A DNA stretch of 30,599 nt from Candidatus Thalassarchaeaceae archaeon. Its GTDB lineage: Archaea; Thermoplasmatota; Poseidoniia; Poseidoniales; Thalassarchaeaceae. The DNA is taken from the NCBI GenBank assembly GCA_029250565.1, contig JAQXFA010000136.1, forward strand, positions 1 through 30,599. The letters are read 5' to 3'. The translations under genes and the position numbers were made by a program. Shown in pieces: positions 16,951 through 25,652 of the stretch (position 1 is its first letter; each line of letters begins with the position of its first letter). The notes beneath the pieces are model-generated. The model worked only from the letters and a program-made list of their open reading frames with translations, was not told the origin of the DNA and ran no database searches.

Positions 16951-18215
16951 CACAACCCCTCAGAGAACTCCTTGATGACAGAACGGAAAGCGGCTATTGA
17001 GCGCCTATGATCAACAATTCCTGAATGCTTTCTTGCTAATTCACCTAACACATCTCGTTGGGTATACGTGGCGCGTAAGGCGTTGACCCAAGCATCAAGA
17101 TCAGCCGCTTTGTCAACAATCAATCCGCCATCACCTACAGCTTCTGGTTGGCTACCTATTGATATCGATACAGATGGAACCCCAAACAAACCCGCCTCAT
17201 TTATCACTCGACCCCAAGAACCTGTTGAAGCCACAGTTAGAAGATGGACATCACAGCGGCTAAAGACTTCACTAACCGAAGTGTGCCCATGCCATGTGGT
17301 ATTGTCAAATTTACCTAATTCTTCAGCGTACGAACCACCTCCGTAAACGTCAACCCTTGCTTCTGGCCAGATATTTGAGAGGTGAGGTAAAAGGCGTTGA
17401 TAGAACTCATACCCCTTCTCAGGTGTAACTCCAACAATCGCAATTCGTGGGATATCAATATCATTATTTTTAATTCGATTTGAAAGCCCTGCAGCTCTCG
17501 TTGTTTCTATTTCTTCAATAGCCCCAAACCTACTAGCGAAATCTACAGGGAGCCGGACATTCCTGATCGCTTTTACATTGAATGTGCTGGCAACCTGTTG
17601 CCCCAAACCCTCTCCAGCGCAGCATACCGCAGCAGCGCCCTCTAAACTTGAGCGATAAAGTTCGGGCTGAATGAATTGCAATTCATCCCTTACGAAGACT
17701 AAATATGGGATATTTAATTCTTTGAATACTTCTCCTGCGCCTGCAGACCAATGCAATTGGGTGATGCCAATGACAGACAAACCACTTCTTTCCGTTTGTT
17801 CTTTTACCTCAGAAATTTTTCCTTTCAACATTTTAGCGAATTTCTTATTCCTCTTTTTCAGATGCTGGTGTTGAAGCATAGAGTTTGGCTGTCCGCTTTT
17901 CCCTCTTAGTCGCCAAGCAAGGCCCGACCACCAATCTTCAATTGGAAGATTTATCTCTACTCTTTCTAATTCTGAATCTGAAGTAAGAGGGGTTGCATCA
18001 CCCCGAGCACCAGATTGGAAAATAGTTGCTCTCCACGCTTGTTGGAGATGTGCTGGGTCAATATGTGGTGTATCACGACTTGGTAAATAGAGAACTTCGG
18101 CTTCAGGAAGTGGCCCTGGTTCACACACCCCTTTGAGAAGAGATGCAAGACTCATCTCAGCCCCACCTGCTGGGGGGTCGAGGTCCCGAACAGCGGCAAT
18201 TAACAGCCCCACCAT
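16950..18215 (-). CDS. GT-B fold glycosyltransferase, family 4-like
   Basis: N-terminal GGAEMS, VGVTPEKG, C-terminal SWGRVINEAGLFGVPSV. Confidence 0.78.
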   Translation of the reverse strand: MVGLLIAAVRDLDPPAGGAEMSLASLLKGVCEPGPLPEAEVLYLPSRDTPHIDPAHLQQAWRATIFQSGARGDATPLTSDSELERVEINLPIEDWWSGLAWRLRGKSGQPNSMLQHQHLKKRNKKFAKMLKGKISEVKEQTERSGLSVIGITQLHWSAGAGEVFKELNIPYLVFVRDELQFIQPELYRSSLEGAAAVCCAGEGLGQQVASTFNVKAIRNVRLPVDFASRFGAIEEIETTRAAGLSNRIKNNDIDIPRIAIVGVTPEKGYEFYQRLLPHLSNIWPEARVDVYGGGSYAEELGKFDNTTWHGHTSVSEVFSRCDVHLLTVASTGSWGRVINEAGLFGVPSVSISIGSQPEAVGDGGLIVDKAADLDAWVNALRATYTQRDVLGELARKHSGIVDHRRSIAAFRSVIKEFSEGL

Positions 18216-18316
18216 GATTTCCGCTTCTGCTTACCCTATATCAGACAAACCGCCGACATGAGTCATTAGATGTGAATTCCGGTAGCGTGAAAGAGGGGTG
18301 TAGGTTCGGCTTGTCA

Positions 18317-19330
18317 ATGAGTTTGAAGATAGCAGTGGTCGGGACCGGCTATTGGGGGCGCAACCATGTCCGAACTTTAGCCGCGTTGAAATCCAACGGC
18401 GTAATCTCAGAACTCGTCGTTTGTGATGTTGATGCGGAACGCGCTGAAAGCATGGCATCAGAGTTTGGTTGTGAGTGGTGTACTGATGCTGATGATCTCA
18501 GAACCCTAGGTGTTGCTGCCGCAACAATTGCCACACCAACCCCTCAGCACGCACCATTAGCAATTTCATTGATGGAGCAAGGAATTGATGTTCTTGTTGA
18601 AAAGCCATTGGCAATGAATGAGGAGGAGGCAAAAGAAGTTCTAGCCTGCGCTGAAAAAACAGGCCAAGTATTGATGGTTGGTCATTTATTCCGATACCAC
18701 GCCGCTGTGCGTAAAGCAGCAGAACTCATCGCTGACGGTACACTTGGTCCAATCCTTCACATTGAATCAGACCGCCTTTCAGTAAGAGAGCCAAGACCAG
18801 ATATTGGGGTTATTGCGGCATTAGCAATCCACGATATGGATATCATGAAGGATTTGATGGGAGATATTGAACCAAGCACAATCAATTGCCTTGCTTTACC
18901 TTCTGATAATCCAAAAATTGAGGATCATGCAATCATTGAGATGAGGTTCCCTGAAAATTCAGGTAGTAACCCAAATGGTGTATCAGCTGTTGTAACTGTT
19001 TCATGGAGAAGCAGAATTCAAGGTAAAGTAAGGGTACTACGAATAATCGGTCAAGACGCTTCATTGGCTATTGATTATCTCGACCACTCTGGATTTTGGA
19101 TTCATCACCACCCAAACAATGCACATGGGCAACAGTGGGGAGGATTTGATGCGGCTCCACGTGAGCGTATTGAATTACCACTTGGTGAGCCAAGTTTGAC
19201 AGCAGAATTGAGGGCTTTTATATCACATGTTAACAGAGAAAATAATGACACCCCACTTGCATCAGGAAAAGTTGGTTTAGAGGGTGTGAGTATGGTTTCC
19301 TCAGCACTAAAGGCAGCAGGTAGAGAGTAA
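18317..19330 (+). CDS. Gfo/Idh/MocA-family NAD-dependent oxidoreductase (WbpB/WlbA-like)
   Basis: MSLKIAVVGTGYWG Rossmann motif, ATPTPQH, LVEKPLA, MVGHLFRY, LAIHDMD. Start moved to ATG 18317 (GTGAA at -30..-26). Confidence 0.9.
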   Translation: MSLKIAVVGTGYWGRNHVRTLAALKSNGVISELVVCDVDAERAESMASEFGCEWCTDADDLRTLGVAAATIATPTPQHAPLAISLMEQGIDVLVEKPLAMNEEEAKEVLACAEKTGQVLMVGHLFRYHAAVRKAAELIADGTLGPILHIESDRLSVREPRPDIGVIAALAIHDMDIMKDLMGDIEPSTINCLALPSDNPKIEDHAIIEMRFPENSGSNPNGVSAVVTVSWRSRIQGKVRVLRIIGQDASLAIDYLDHSGFWIHHHPNNAHGQQWGGFDAAPRERIELPLGEPSLTAELRAFISHVNRENNDTPLASGKVGLEGVSMVSSALKAAGRE

Positions 19331-19384
19331 TTTTAGCAAAAAATTGAGAGAGCATTCAAGAATCAAACACAGGTGGGCCAACAC

Positions 19385-19720
19385 ATGAACCCAGCACAAT
19401 CTATGCTCGGCCCTCTTTACGACCTCTATGTTTCAGCACTCGGTCAAACAGTTGGAATGATTGTGGGTTATGTCACATTGGTTGGTATTACCGCCTTAGT
19501 TTGGTGGATGTTAGCAAATCGAAATGAAGTTATTTCTGGTTTGGATTTACGTGTAGAAACAATTGGAAATATGCTTTTCCTCATACTTATTGGTGCTATT
19601 TTGTATGCTGTAATGTCAGGCACTTTTGGATTCCCATTTATTGGTGCAATATCAATGACCATCACTTCGGTTTTGTTCATACATTGGTGTATGACTAATT
19701 TTGAAGGGGAACCTATCTGA
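19385..19720 (+). CDS. Hypothetical membrane protein (about 3 TM)
   Basis: 111 aa, three hydrophobic segments. ATG 19385 has TTCAA at -30..-26. Ends 10 nt before the ATPase gene. Confidence 0.65.
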   Translation: MNPAQSMLGPLYDLYVSALGQTVGMIVGYVTLVGITALVWWMLANRNEVISGLDLRVETIGNMLFLILIGAILYAVMSGTFGFPFIGAISMTITSVLFIHWCMTNFEGEPI

Positions 19721-19730
19721 GTAGAGAGTC

Positions 19731-21116
19731 ATGGCAAAATTTGGTGACCACCCCCCGATTCCAGATGCACTGGAAAATTTACTTTCAGACCTTACTGTTA
19801 GCACGGTTTTTTTGAAAGCAGATTGTCCACCACGAGTTAAACGCGGCCACATTACTGAATTAGAAGTCGTCGAACTTGAGATGGAGGAATTTAGTAGTTC
19901 AACTATTGAAGAGATATCTCAAGGGTTGGATATCACTCTTGAGCAACATAGTGAGACACGAGGTGATTGTTTTGTGGAAATTGATCGTCATGGTTGTAAA
20001 GTAATGCAAGTGGGGGATTTACGAGTAACAATTTCTTGGCCACCATTTTCTGATGGTTGGGAAATGATTGTTGTCCGACCTGTAGCACAACCAGATCTTG
20101 ATGATTACAATTTAGATGAAAACCTCCTAAAATTGATTGCGGATTTACAAAATCAAGGAACACTCGTTAGTGGAATGCCCGGCTCAGGTAAATCAACACT
20201 AGCAAGTGCAATCGCTCGCTGGTTAGACGGCGAAGGCGCAGTTGTCAAAACAATGGAAAGTCCAAGAGATTTACAATTGCCTCAAAGAGTAACTCAATAT
20301 GCTCCTCTAGCTGAAGATGATCGTTCCCGCGGTTCAATGGAATTGACAGCAGATATCTTATTCTTAGCAAGACCAGATTTTATTGTGTATGATGAAGTTC
20401 GTAAGACCAAAGATTTCGAAGTATTTGGAGATTGTCGATTAGCAGGTCTTGGTTTACTTGGAGTCACTCACTCAGCCTCTGCATTAGAAGCGATTCAGCG
20501 AATGATTGGGAGAGTTGAATTAGGAATATTAGCCCAGATATTGACTACAGTTATTCATGTTGAAAAGGGTAAAATTGGGGAAGTTTTGCAATTAGCAATG
20601 ACTGTTAAGGCACCTTCTGGAATGCAATCAGATTTGGCTAGACCAGTAATCCAAGTGAAAAGATATCCTGATGGCAAGGTTTTGAACGAGATATTCTCAT
20701 TTGGTGAACAAATTTGTATTGTTGATGCAGATGGTCAAGCATCAGGAGACGAAATGTCACCAATGCAACTCCTTGCTGCGGCCCAACTAAAAGATCGTCT
20801 TTCAGAAGATTATGGAATTAGAATCCATCACGTAAAATTCTCCGGCGGAAGCGTAGAAGTCTATGTTGATGATTCAGCGATAGGTGTTCTTGTTGGCCAA
20901 GGCGGTTCAACCGTGAAGGGTTTAGAAGAACAATACGAAGTCAAAGTTTCAATTAAATCAGCAGGTGATTTGCCCCGTGGTTTCCGAGCACCAGAAAATA
21001 AGTTCCGAAGTTCATATGATATGGATGTTGAACGAAGCATGGGTGGAAGGGCTTGGGAACAGTCTTACAGTAGTAAGAAAGACAGAAGGGCAAAACGCAA
21101 GGGAAGACGTCGTTAA
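19731..21116 (+). CDS. PINA/COG1855-like ATPase with KH domain, lacking the N-terminal PIN domain
   Basis: VFLKADCPPRVKRG, WPPFSDGWEMIVVRPV, Walker A GMPGSGKST, KTMESPRDLQ, RPDFIVYDEVRK, RVELG, DLARPVI, KH GxxG loop (LVGQGGSTVK), Arg/Lys-rich tail. Confidence 0.85.
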   Translation: MAKFGDHPPIPDALENLLSDLTVSTVFLKADCPPRVKRGHITELEVVELEMEEFSSSTIEEISQGLDITLEQHSETRGDCFVEIDRHGCKVMQVGDLRVTISWPPFSDGWEMIVVRPVAQPDLDDYNLDENLLKLIADLQNQGTLVSGMPGSGKSTLASAIARWLDGEGAVVKTMESPRDLQLPQRVTQYAPLAEDDRSRGSMELTADILFLARPDFIVYDEVRKTKDFEVFGDCRLAGLGLLGVTHSASALEAIQRMIGRVELGILAQILTTVIHVEKGKIGEVLQLAMTVKAPSGMQSDLARPVIQVKRYPDGKVLNEIFSFGEQICIVDADGQASGDEMSPMQLLAAAQLKDRLSEDYGIRIHHVKFSGGSVEVYVDDSAIGVLVGQGGSTVKGLEEQYEVKVSIKSAGDLPRGFRAPENKFRSSYDMDVERSMGGRAWEQSYSSKKDRRAKRKGRRR

Positions 21117-21190
21117 TCAATAAATTCCCCACTCTCAAAAATCTCAAAGGTTCATCAAGGGGTCGTAGGTCGGACAAATTAGGTGGGTGT

Positions 21191-22765
21191 ATGGCTGAAG
21201 GTACACAAGGACATGTTCCAATAGTTCGCCAAGAGACTAGAGTCACCTCTGGTGTGGAGGTAACTCAGAAGTTGATTCACGCCGCAAAAACCCTATCCTC
21301 AATACTTCGTGGAACTCTTGGCCCACGTGGATTAGACAAAGGCTTGTACAAAACCAATGGTGAATTCGCAGTAACATCTGATGGTGCAAGAGTGCTGAAT
21401 GATTTATTGATTAAAAATCCAGGTGCCAAACTTCTCGTATCACTAGGCCAAGCTCAAGAATCAGCGATTGGGGATGGTGTAACTTCAACAGTTCTTCTAG
21501 CCGGGGCGCTCTTAGATGAAGCGGGGAGACTGATTCGAAAAGGTGTCCACCCTCTGACTGTAGTTGATGGTTATTTGATGGCTGCTGAAATAGCGGTTTC
21601 AGCACTTGAAGAAGATGTAATAGAATGTTCAGAAGATGATAATGACTTGTTACTGAAAGTTGCTTCAACATCTATGACAGGACGCGCAGCAGGGTCTGAT
21701 ATCCGCTTTGCGAAAATGTTGGTAGAAGCCCTTGCGCATGTAACTCATGACACAGAATCCGGTATTCGTTGTGAAGCCGAAGATGTGTTGTTTGAAAAAT
21801 TAGAAGATAGCACAATAAACGACACACGCATGGTTACTGGTGTATTTTGGCGCCAACGAATTCCAATGGAGAGAATGGTTGGAGTGAAAGAGAATGCCAA
21901 AGTGGCACTTCTCAATTGTGATATTAAGCAAAGAGAAACAAAGAGGGATACCGAAATCGAATTACAATCTGCAGAAGATCTCCAAAAATTCATGGCAATA
22001 CATGAGCAAACATTAGCAGAAATTGCTGATAACATCATTGCCACAGATGCTGAAATAATCTGTTCTAGTGGTGATATTGATAGAATCATACTACACCGAC
22101 TTGCAGCAGCTGGGAAAGTGGTAATTCACGATGTAGATCAGAAGCAATTAGTCCATTTAGCTCAAGCCAGTGGTGCAAAATTAGTAGAACATTTAGATGA
22201 CTTTAGCAATGGAAATCTTGGACTAGTCGGTCGATTCGAAGCAGAACGAAGGTTGGCAACAGATGAAGTTCAAGACAGAATCATCTTTGATGGTTGCACA
22301 GGCCCACTTGTTACAATTCTTGTAGGCGGAGCAATGGGTTCGGAAGAGACTATTCGAGGAATGTATGATGCACTTAGGGCCACTAGCTTAGCCCGCAGTG
22401 AAGGTACACTATTGCCTGGTGGTGGGGCATCACATATGCTTGCTTCAAAAGCAGTAAAAGAGGCTGCAGAAAATATTGCTGACAGAAGCCGCCTTGGTAT
22501 GGATGCCTTCGGTCGCGCTCTTGAGATGATTCCATGGATGTTGGCGGCAAATTCTGGTGTAAACCCACTTGATGCACTTCTTGAACTCCGTTCAGCAGTG
22601 AGAGAAAATATTGAAGCAGCGGGCGTTAGTTCAGATGGTTCAATCACATCAATGTCAGATGTTCTTGAGCCTGCCGAAAGCATACTTCATGGTATTATGG
22701 CGGCGACTGAAACAACAAACACACTTCTTCGCTGTGACCAAGTAATCAGTGCAAGAGGGGATTAA
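21191..22765 (+). CDS. Group II chaperonin (thermosome) subunit, divergent
   Basis: TLGPRGLDK, TSDGARVL, GDGVTST, MYDAL, PGGGA, N+GV+PLD pattern, 524 aa. AGGTGGG RBS. Confidence 0.9.
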   Translation: MAEGTQGHVPIVRQETRVTSGVEVTQKLIHAAKTLSSILRGTLGPRGLDKGLYKTNGEFAVTSDGARVLNDLLIKNPGAKLLVSLGQAQESAIGDGVTSTVLLAGALLDEAGRLIRKGVHPLTVVDGYLMAAEIAVSALEEDVIECSEDDNDLLLKVASTSMTGRAAGSDIRFAKMLVEALAHVTHDTESGIRCEAEDVLFEKLEDSTINDTRMVTGVFWRQRIPMERMVGVKENAKVALLNCDIKQRETKRDTEIELQSAEDLQKFMAIHEQTLAEIADNIIATDAEIICSSGDIDRIILHRLAAAGKVVIHDVDQKQLVHLAQASGAKLVEHLDDFSNGNLGLVGRFEAERRLATDEVQDRIIFDGCTGPLVTILVGGAMGSEETIRGMYDALRATSLARSEGTLLPGGGASHMLASKAVKEAAENIADRSRLGMDAFGRALEMIPWMLAANSGVNPLDALLELRSAVRENIEAAGVSSDGSITSMSDVLEPAESILHGIMAATETTNTLLRCDQVISARGD

Positions 22766-22875
22766 TCCACCCCCATCCACTTAGTGATAAAGTTACAATC
22801 ATTTTCGTTATTCTTTCAGATATATTTTGTAAATATCTATCCGAAACCTAATTCAATGAGAACTCTAATGGTAAA

Positions 22876-23325
22876 TTGCACATGAAACCCTCACATCCAG
22901 ATGCGTTCCTCGCAGTCAACAGGGACGATTACATGACCGTATTAGCAATTATTGCCAATGCTGATAGCGTTCTCAAGGAAGAAGAAATGTCGTTTTTTGA
23001 AACTCGAATGGCTAGGATGTTGATAAATCCACGATTACGCACGCAGTTTCGAAATTTATTACGTAATGAATATAATGTCGAAGAAACGGTAAAAAATATG
23101 GATAAAAAGACTCTAAGATTAGCACTTAGAGATGGTATTTTCCTTGCAGCGGCAGATGGCGATGTACATGATTCTGAAGTTGAAGCGATTAAAATTATTG
23201 CAAAGCATGCTGGGGTAGATAAGAATCGGATGAAAGAGATATGGACATGGGTTCAAGACGGATTAGAATGGATGTCAACAGGACCCTCATTATTAGAAAT
23301 CGCACTTGATGAAAACGATAAGTAG
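22876..23325 (+). CDS. TerB-like protein
   Basis: Two repeats of the TerB-type motif (IANADSVLKEEE and LAAADGDVHDSE). 149 aa. Confidence 0.7.
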   Translation: MHMKPSHPDAFLAVNRDDYMTVLAIIANADSVLKEEEMSFFETRMARMLINPRLRTQFRNLLRNEYNVEETVKNMDKKTLRLALRDGIFLAAADGDVHDSEVEAIKIIAKHAGVDKNRMKEIWTWVQDGLEWMSTGPSLLEIALDENDK

Positions 23326-23408
23326 TAAAATAGGGTTGATTAGAGGAAATTATTTTCGCCTCAAAACTCAATAACGGCTTCCCCGTCGAATGAATACGGG
23401 TTCGATTG

Positions 23409-25070
23409 ATGAGCACTTCTAATCAACCCGGAACAACTTCTGAAGTGCCGAATAAAACCGGCACTAATTCACCCCGCGCCCTTCTCAGTGTTTACGATAA
23501 AACAGGGGTAACCGCTCTAGCAGTGGCATTAGAAGCGATGGGTTGGAAAATAGTTAGTACAGGGGGGACTGCTCGTCTATTGCGTGAGTCCGGGGTAGCA
23601 GTTGATGACGTTAGTTCAATCACAGAACATCCAGAAGTTTTTGATGGTAGAGTCAAAACACTTCATCCAGCAATTCATGCACCAATTCTTGCCCGAGGAA
23701 ACAATCCGGATGATGTACAAACCCTAGCCCAACTTGGTTACCCCCGAATCGATATGGTGGTTGTAAATCTCTACCCCTTTGAGGAGGTTGCTGCGCGGCA
23801 ACCTCCTGTTGAAATCGATGAATTGATTGAGATGGTTGATATTGGTGGCCCGACATTGATTAGGGCAGCAGCAAAGAACCATCCAGATATTTTGGTGATG
23901 GCAGATCCTAGTCAATACGATGAAGTTCTAGCACATTTACAACAAACAGATGGTGACCCAAAGTCAGTTCCATTAGATGTGAGGCAAAGACTTGCATTGA
24001 CGGCATTTCAGAGAACAGCAGCCTATGATGTGGCATTAGCAACAACCTTGGCCGAACGATTTGAAGGGGTTGAATTAGAAGGTGATTTACCTCCGAGACT
24101 GTTGATTTCAGGTGGCCAGTTGAATCGGTTAAGATATGGGGAAAACCCACATCAAATAGCAGGATTTTTTGACGCATCACGGGTTGGGGAAATGCCAGAT
24201 GGTTTAGCATCTGCAAACCAACATGGTGGTAAGGAATTATCTTTCAATAATTATCTTGATTTGGATGCAGCATTGCGTTTTGCCCGTTCTGTAAGTGGTG
24301 ATGAATGGAGTCAATGGCCCCATTGCTGTGTAATTATCAAACACACAAATGCTTGTGGTGTTGCAATTTCCACCAATCAAGTAGAGGCTTGGAATGATGC
24401 GCTTGCTAGCGACCCGGAATCCGCTTTCGGTTGTGTAATTGCTTTCAATCAAGTAGTGACTAATGAGGTAGCTGAAGCGATTGGCGGACATTTCGTTGAA
24501 TGTATTATCGCACCTGGTTTTGAAAAATCGGCCTTGGATATATTATCAGAGAAAAAGAATCGCCGAATGCTAACTTTTGATAATTTCACCCCGCTAAATC
24601 CAGAATTACGATGGAGACAAATTGATGGTGGTTGGTTAGCACAAGAAGAAGGAGCTCCTCAAATCAATTGGTCAGAGGTCAAATCCGTGACCAAAAAATC
24701 AGCAGATGATGGCCAAATCGATTTAGCCAGATTTGGCGTAACGGTTTGCGCCCAAGTGAAATCAAATTGTGTTGTGTTTGTCCAACCCAGTACAACAGGA
24801 TTCGCAACAGTTGGTATTGGCCCCGGTCAAACTAGCAGAGTCGAAGCAGTCAGAATTGCAGCCCGTCGTGCTGGTGAGCGGGCAACAGGGGCAATGATGG
24901 TTTCAGACGCGTTCTTCCCATTCAGAGATGGTATTGATACCTCACATGAGATTGGAATAACAAGTGTAGTTCAACCGGGTGGTTCGATACGAGATCAAGA
25001 AGTAATTGACGCCGCTGATGAGCACGGTATGACCATGTTGTTCACAGGTGTTCGTTTATTCAGACATTAA
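23409..25070 (+). CDS. purH: Bifunctional AICAR transformylase / IMP cyclohydrolase, bacterial type
   Basis: RALLSVYDKTG, STGGTA, GRVKTLHP, VNLYPF, DIGGPTL, RYGENPHQ, KELSFNN, KHTNACG, SDAFFPFRDG, QPGGSIRD, FTGVRLFRH. Confidence 0.97.
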   Translation: MSTSNQPGTTSEVPNKTGTNSPRALLSVYDKTGVTALAVALEAMGWKIVSTGGTARLLRESGVAVDDVSSITEHPEVFDGRVKTLHPAIHAPILARGNNPDDVQTLAQLGYPRIDMVVVNLYPFEEVAARQPPVEIDELIEMVDIGGPTLIRAAAKNHPDILVMADPSQYDEVLAHLQQTDGDPKSVPLDVRQRLALTAFQRTAAYDVALATTLAERFEGVELEGDLPPRLLISGGQLNRLRYGENPHQIAGFFDASRVGEMPDGLASANQHGGKELSFNNYLDLDAALRFARSVSGDEWSQWPHCCVIIKHTNACGVAISTNQVEAWNDALASDPESAFGCVIAFNQVVTNEVAEAIGGHFVECIIAPGFEKSALDILSEKKNRRMLTFDNFTPLNPELRWRQIDGGWLAQEEGAPQINWSEVKSVTKKSADDGQIDLARFGVTVCAQVKSNCVVFVQPSTTGFATVGIGPGQTSRVEAVRIAARRAGERATGAMMVSDAFFPFRDGIDTSHEIGITSVVQPGGSIRDQEVIDAADEHGMTMLFTGVRLFRH

Positions 25071-25085
25071 TGTCCGACCAAATCC

Positions 25086-25526
25086 TCATGTGCGGGTTTT
25101 TACTTTAGAATAAATAAACCATACACCAATCAACCAAACAATGACAATAAATGCTTGACCATATCCAGGGTCACCAGAAAGGTCAGTTATCCAAATAGAA
25201 ACGGCAGACATTATGGTAATGAACACAATTATCCACGTTTTAACATGTTTTGGTAGGGTTTTTCCTGTAGAGTAGTAGTCAAATAATGCTGAACCAAACC
25301 AGCGATTTGTCAATGTCCAGCGAAATAATTTCTCGTTTGAATGACTGAAGAGATAAGCAGCCGGAACAGCCCAAGAAACAGTTGGCCAACCAGGTATCCA
25401 AATACCAATAATAGCACAGATGATGAAAATGAATCCAATACCCACATACAAGCGCCTTTTCAAGGGTGTAGATTTACGTGAATATTGCTCAACAATAGCA
25501 TCCACACTCGTCAATGCCACTGCCAC
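25086..25526 (-). CDS. YbaN/DUF454-family membrane protein
   Basis: GIWIPGWPT, LFSHSNEKLFRW...FG pattern plus further TM segments. TTTAT box at -29..-25. Confidence 0.8.
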   Translation of the reverse strand: MAVALTSVDAIVEQYSRKSTPLKRRLYVGIGFIFIICAIIGIWIPGWPTVSWAVPAAYLFSHSNEKLFRWTLTNRWFGSALFDYYSTGKTLPKHVKTWIIVFITIMSAVSIWITDLSGDPGYGQAFIVIVWLIGVWFIYSKVKTRT

Positions 25527-25652
25527 CCCCGTTCCCCCAATATGGTCGCTATAAACCGCTGTTAAAAAGTGGCCGATTCGCTCAATAGTGGTGGCCTACT
25601 CGCTTTGCACACAGGTTAGGTGTAAACCTAGACCACAAGGGGCTCTCCGAAC

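Noticed and set aside
19731-21116. Type IV pilus / type II secretion ATPase
   Set aside because: The motif set and KH domain match COG1855/PINA, and there are no pilin, TadC or prepilin peptidase genes nearby.
23326-23408. ZMP/ZTP riboswitch upstream of purH (also checked upstream of purN)
   Set aside because: The conserved elements I recall for this riboswitch (e.g. the 3' CGCCUGGGC hairpin) are absent and the regions are short.
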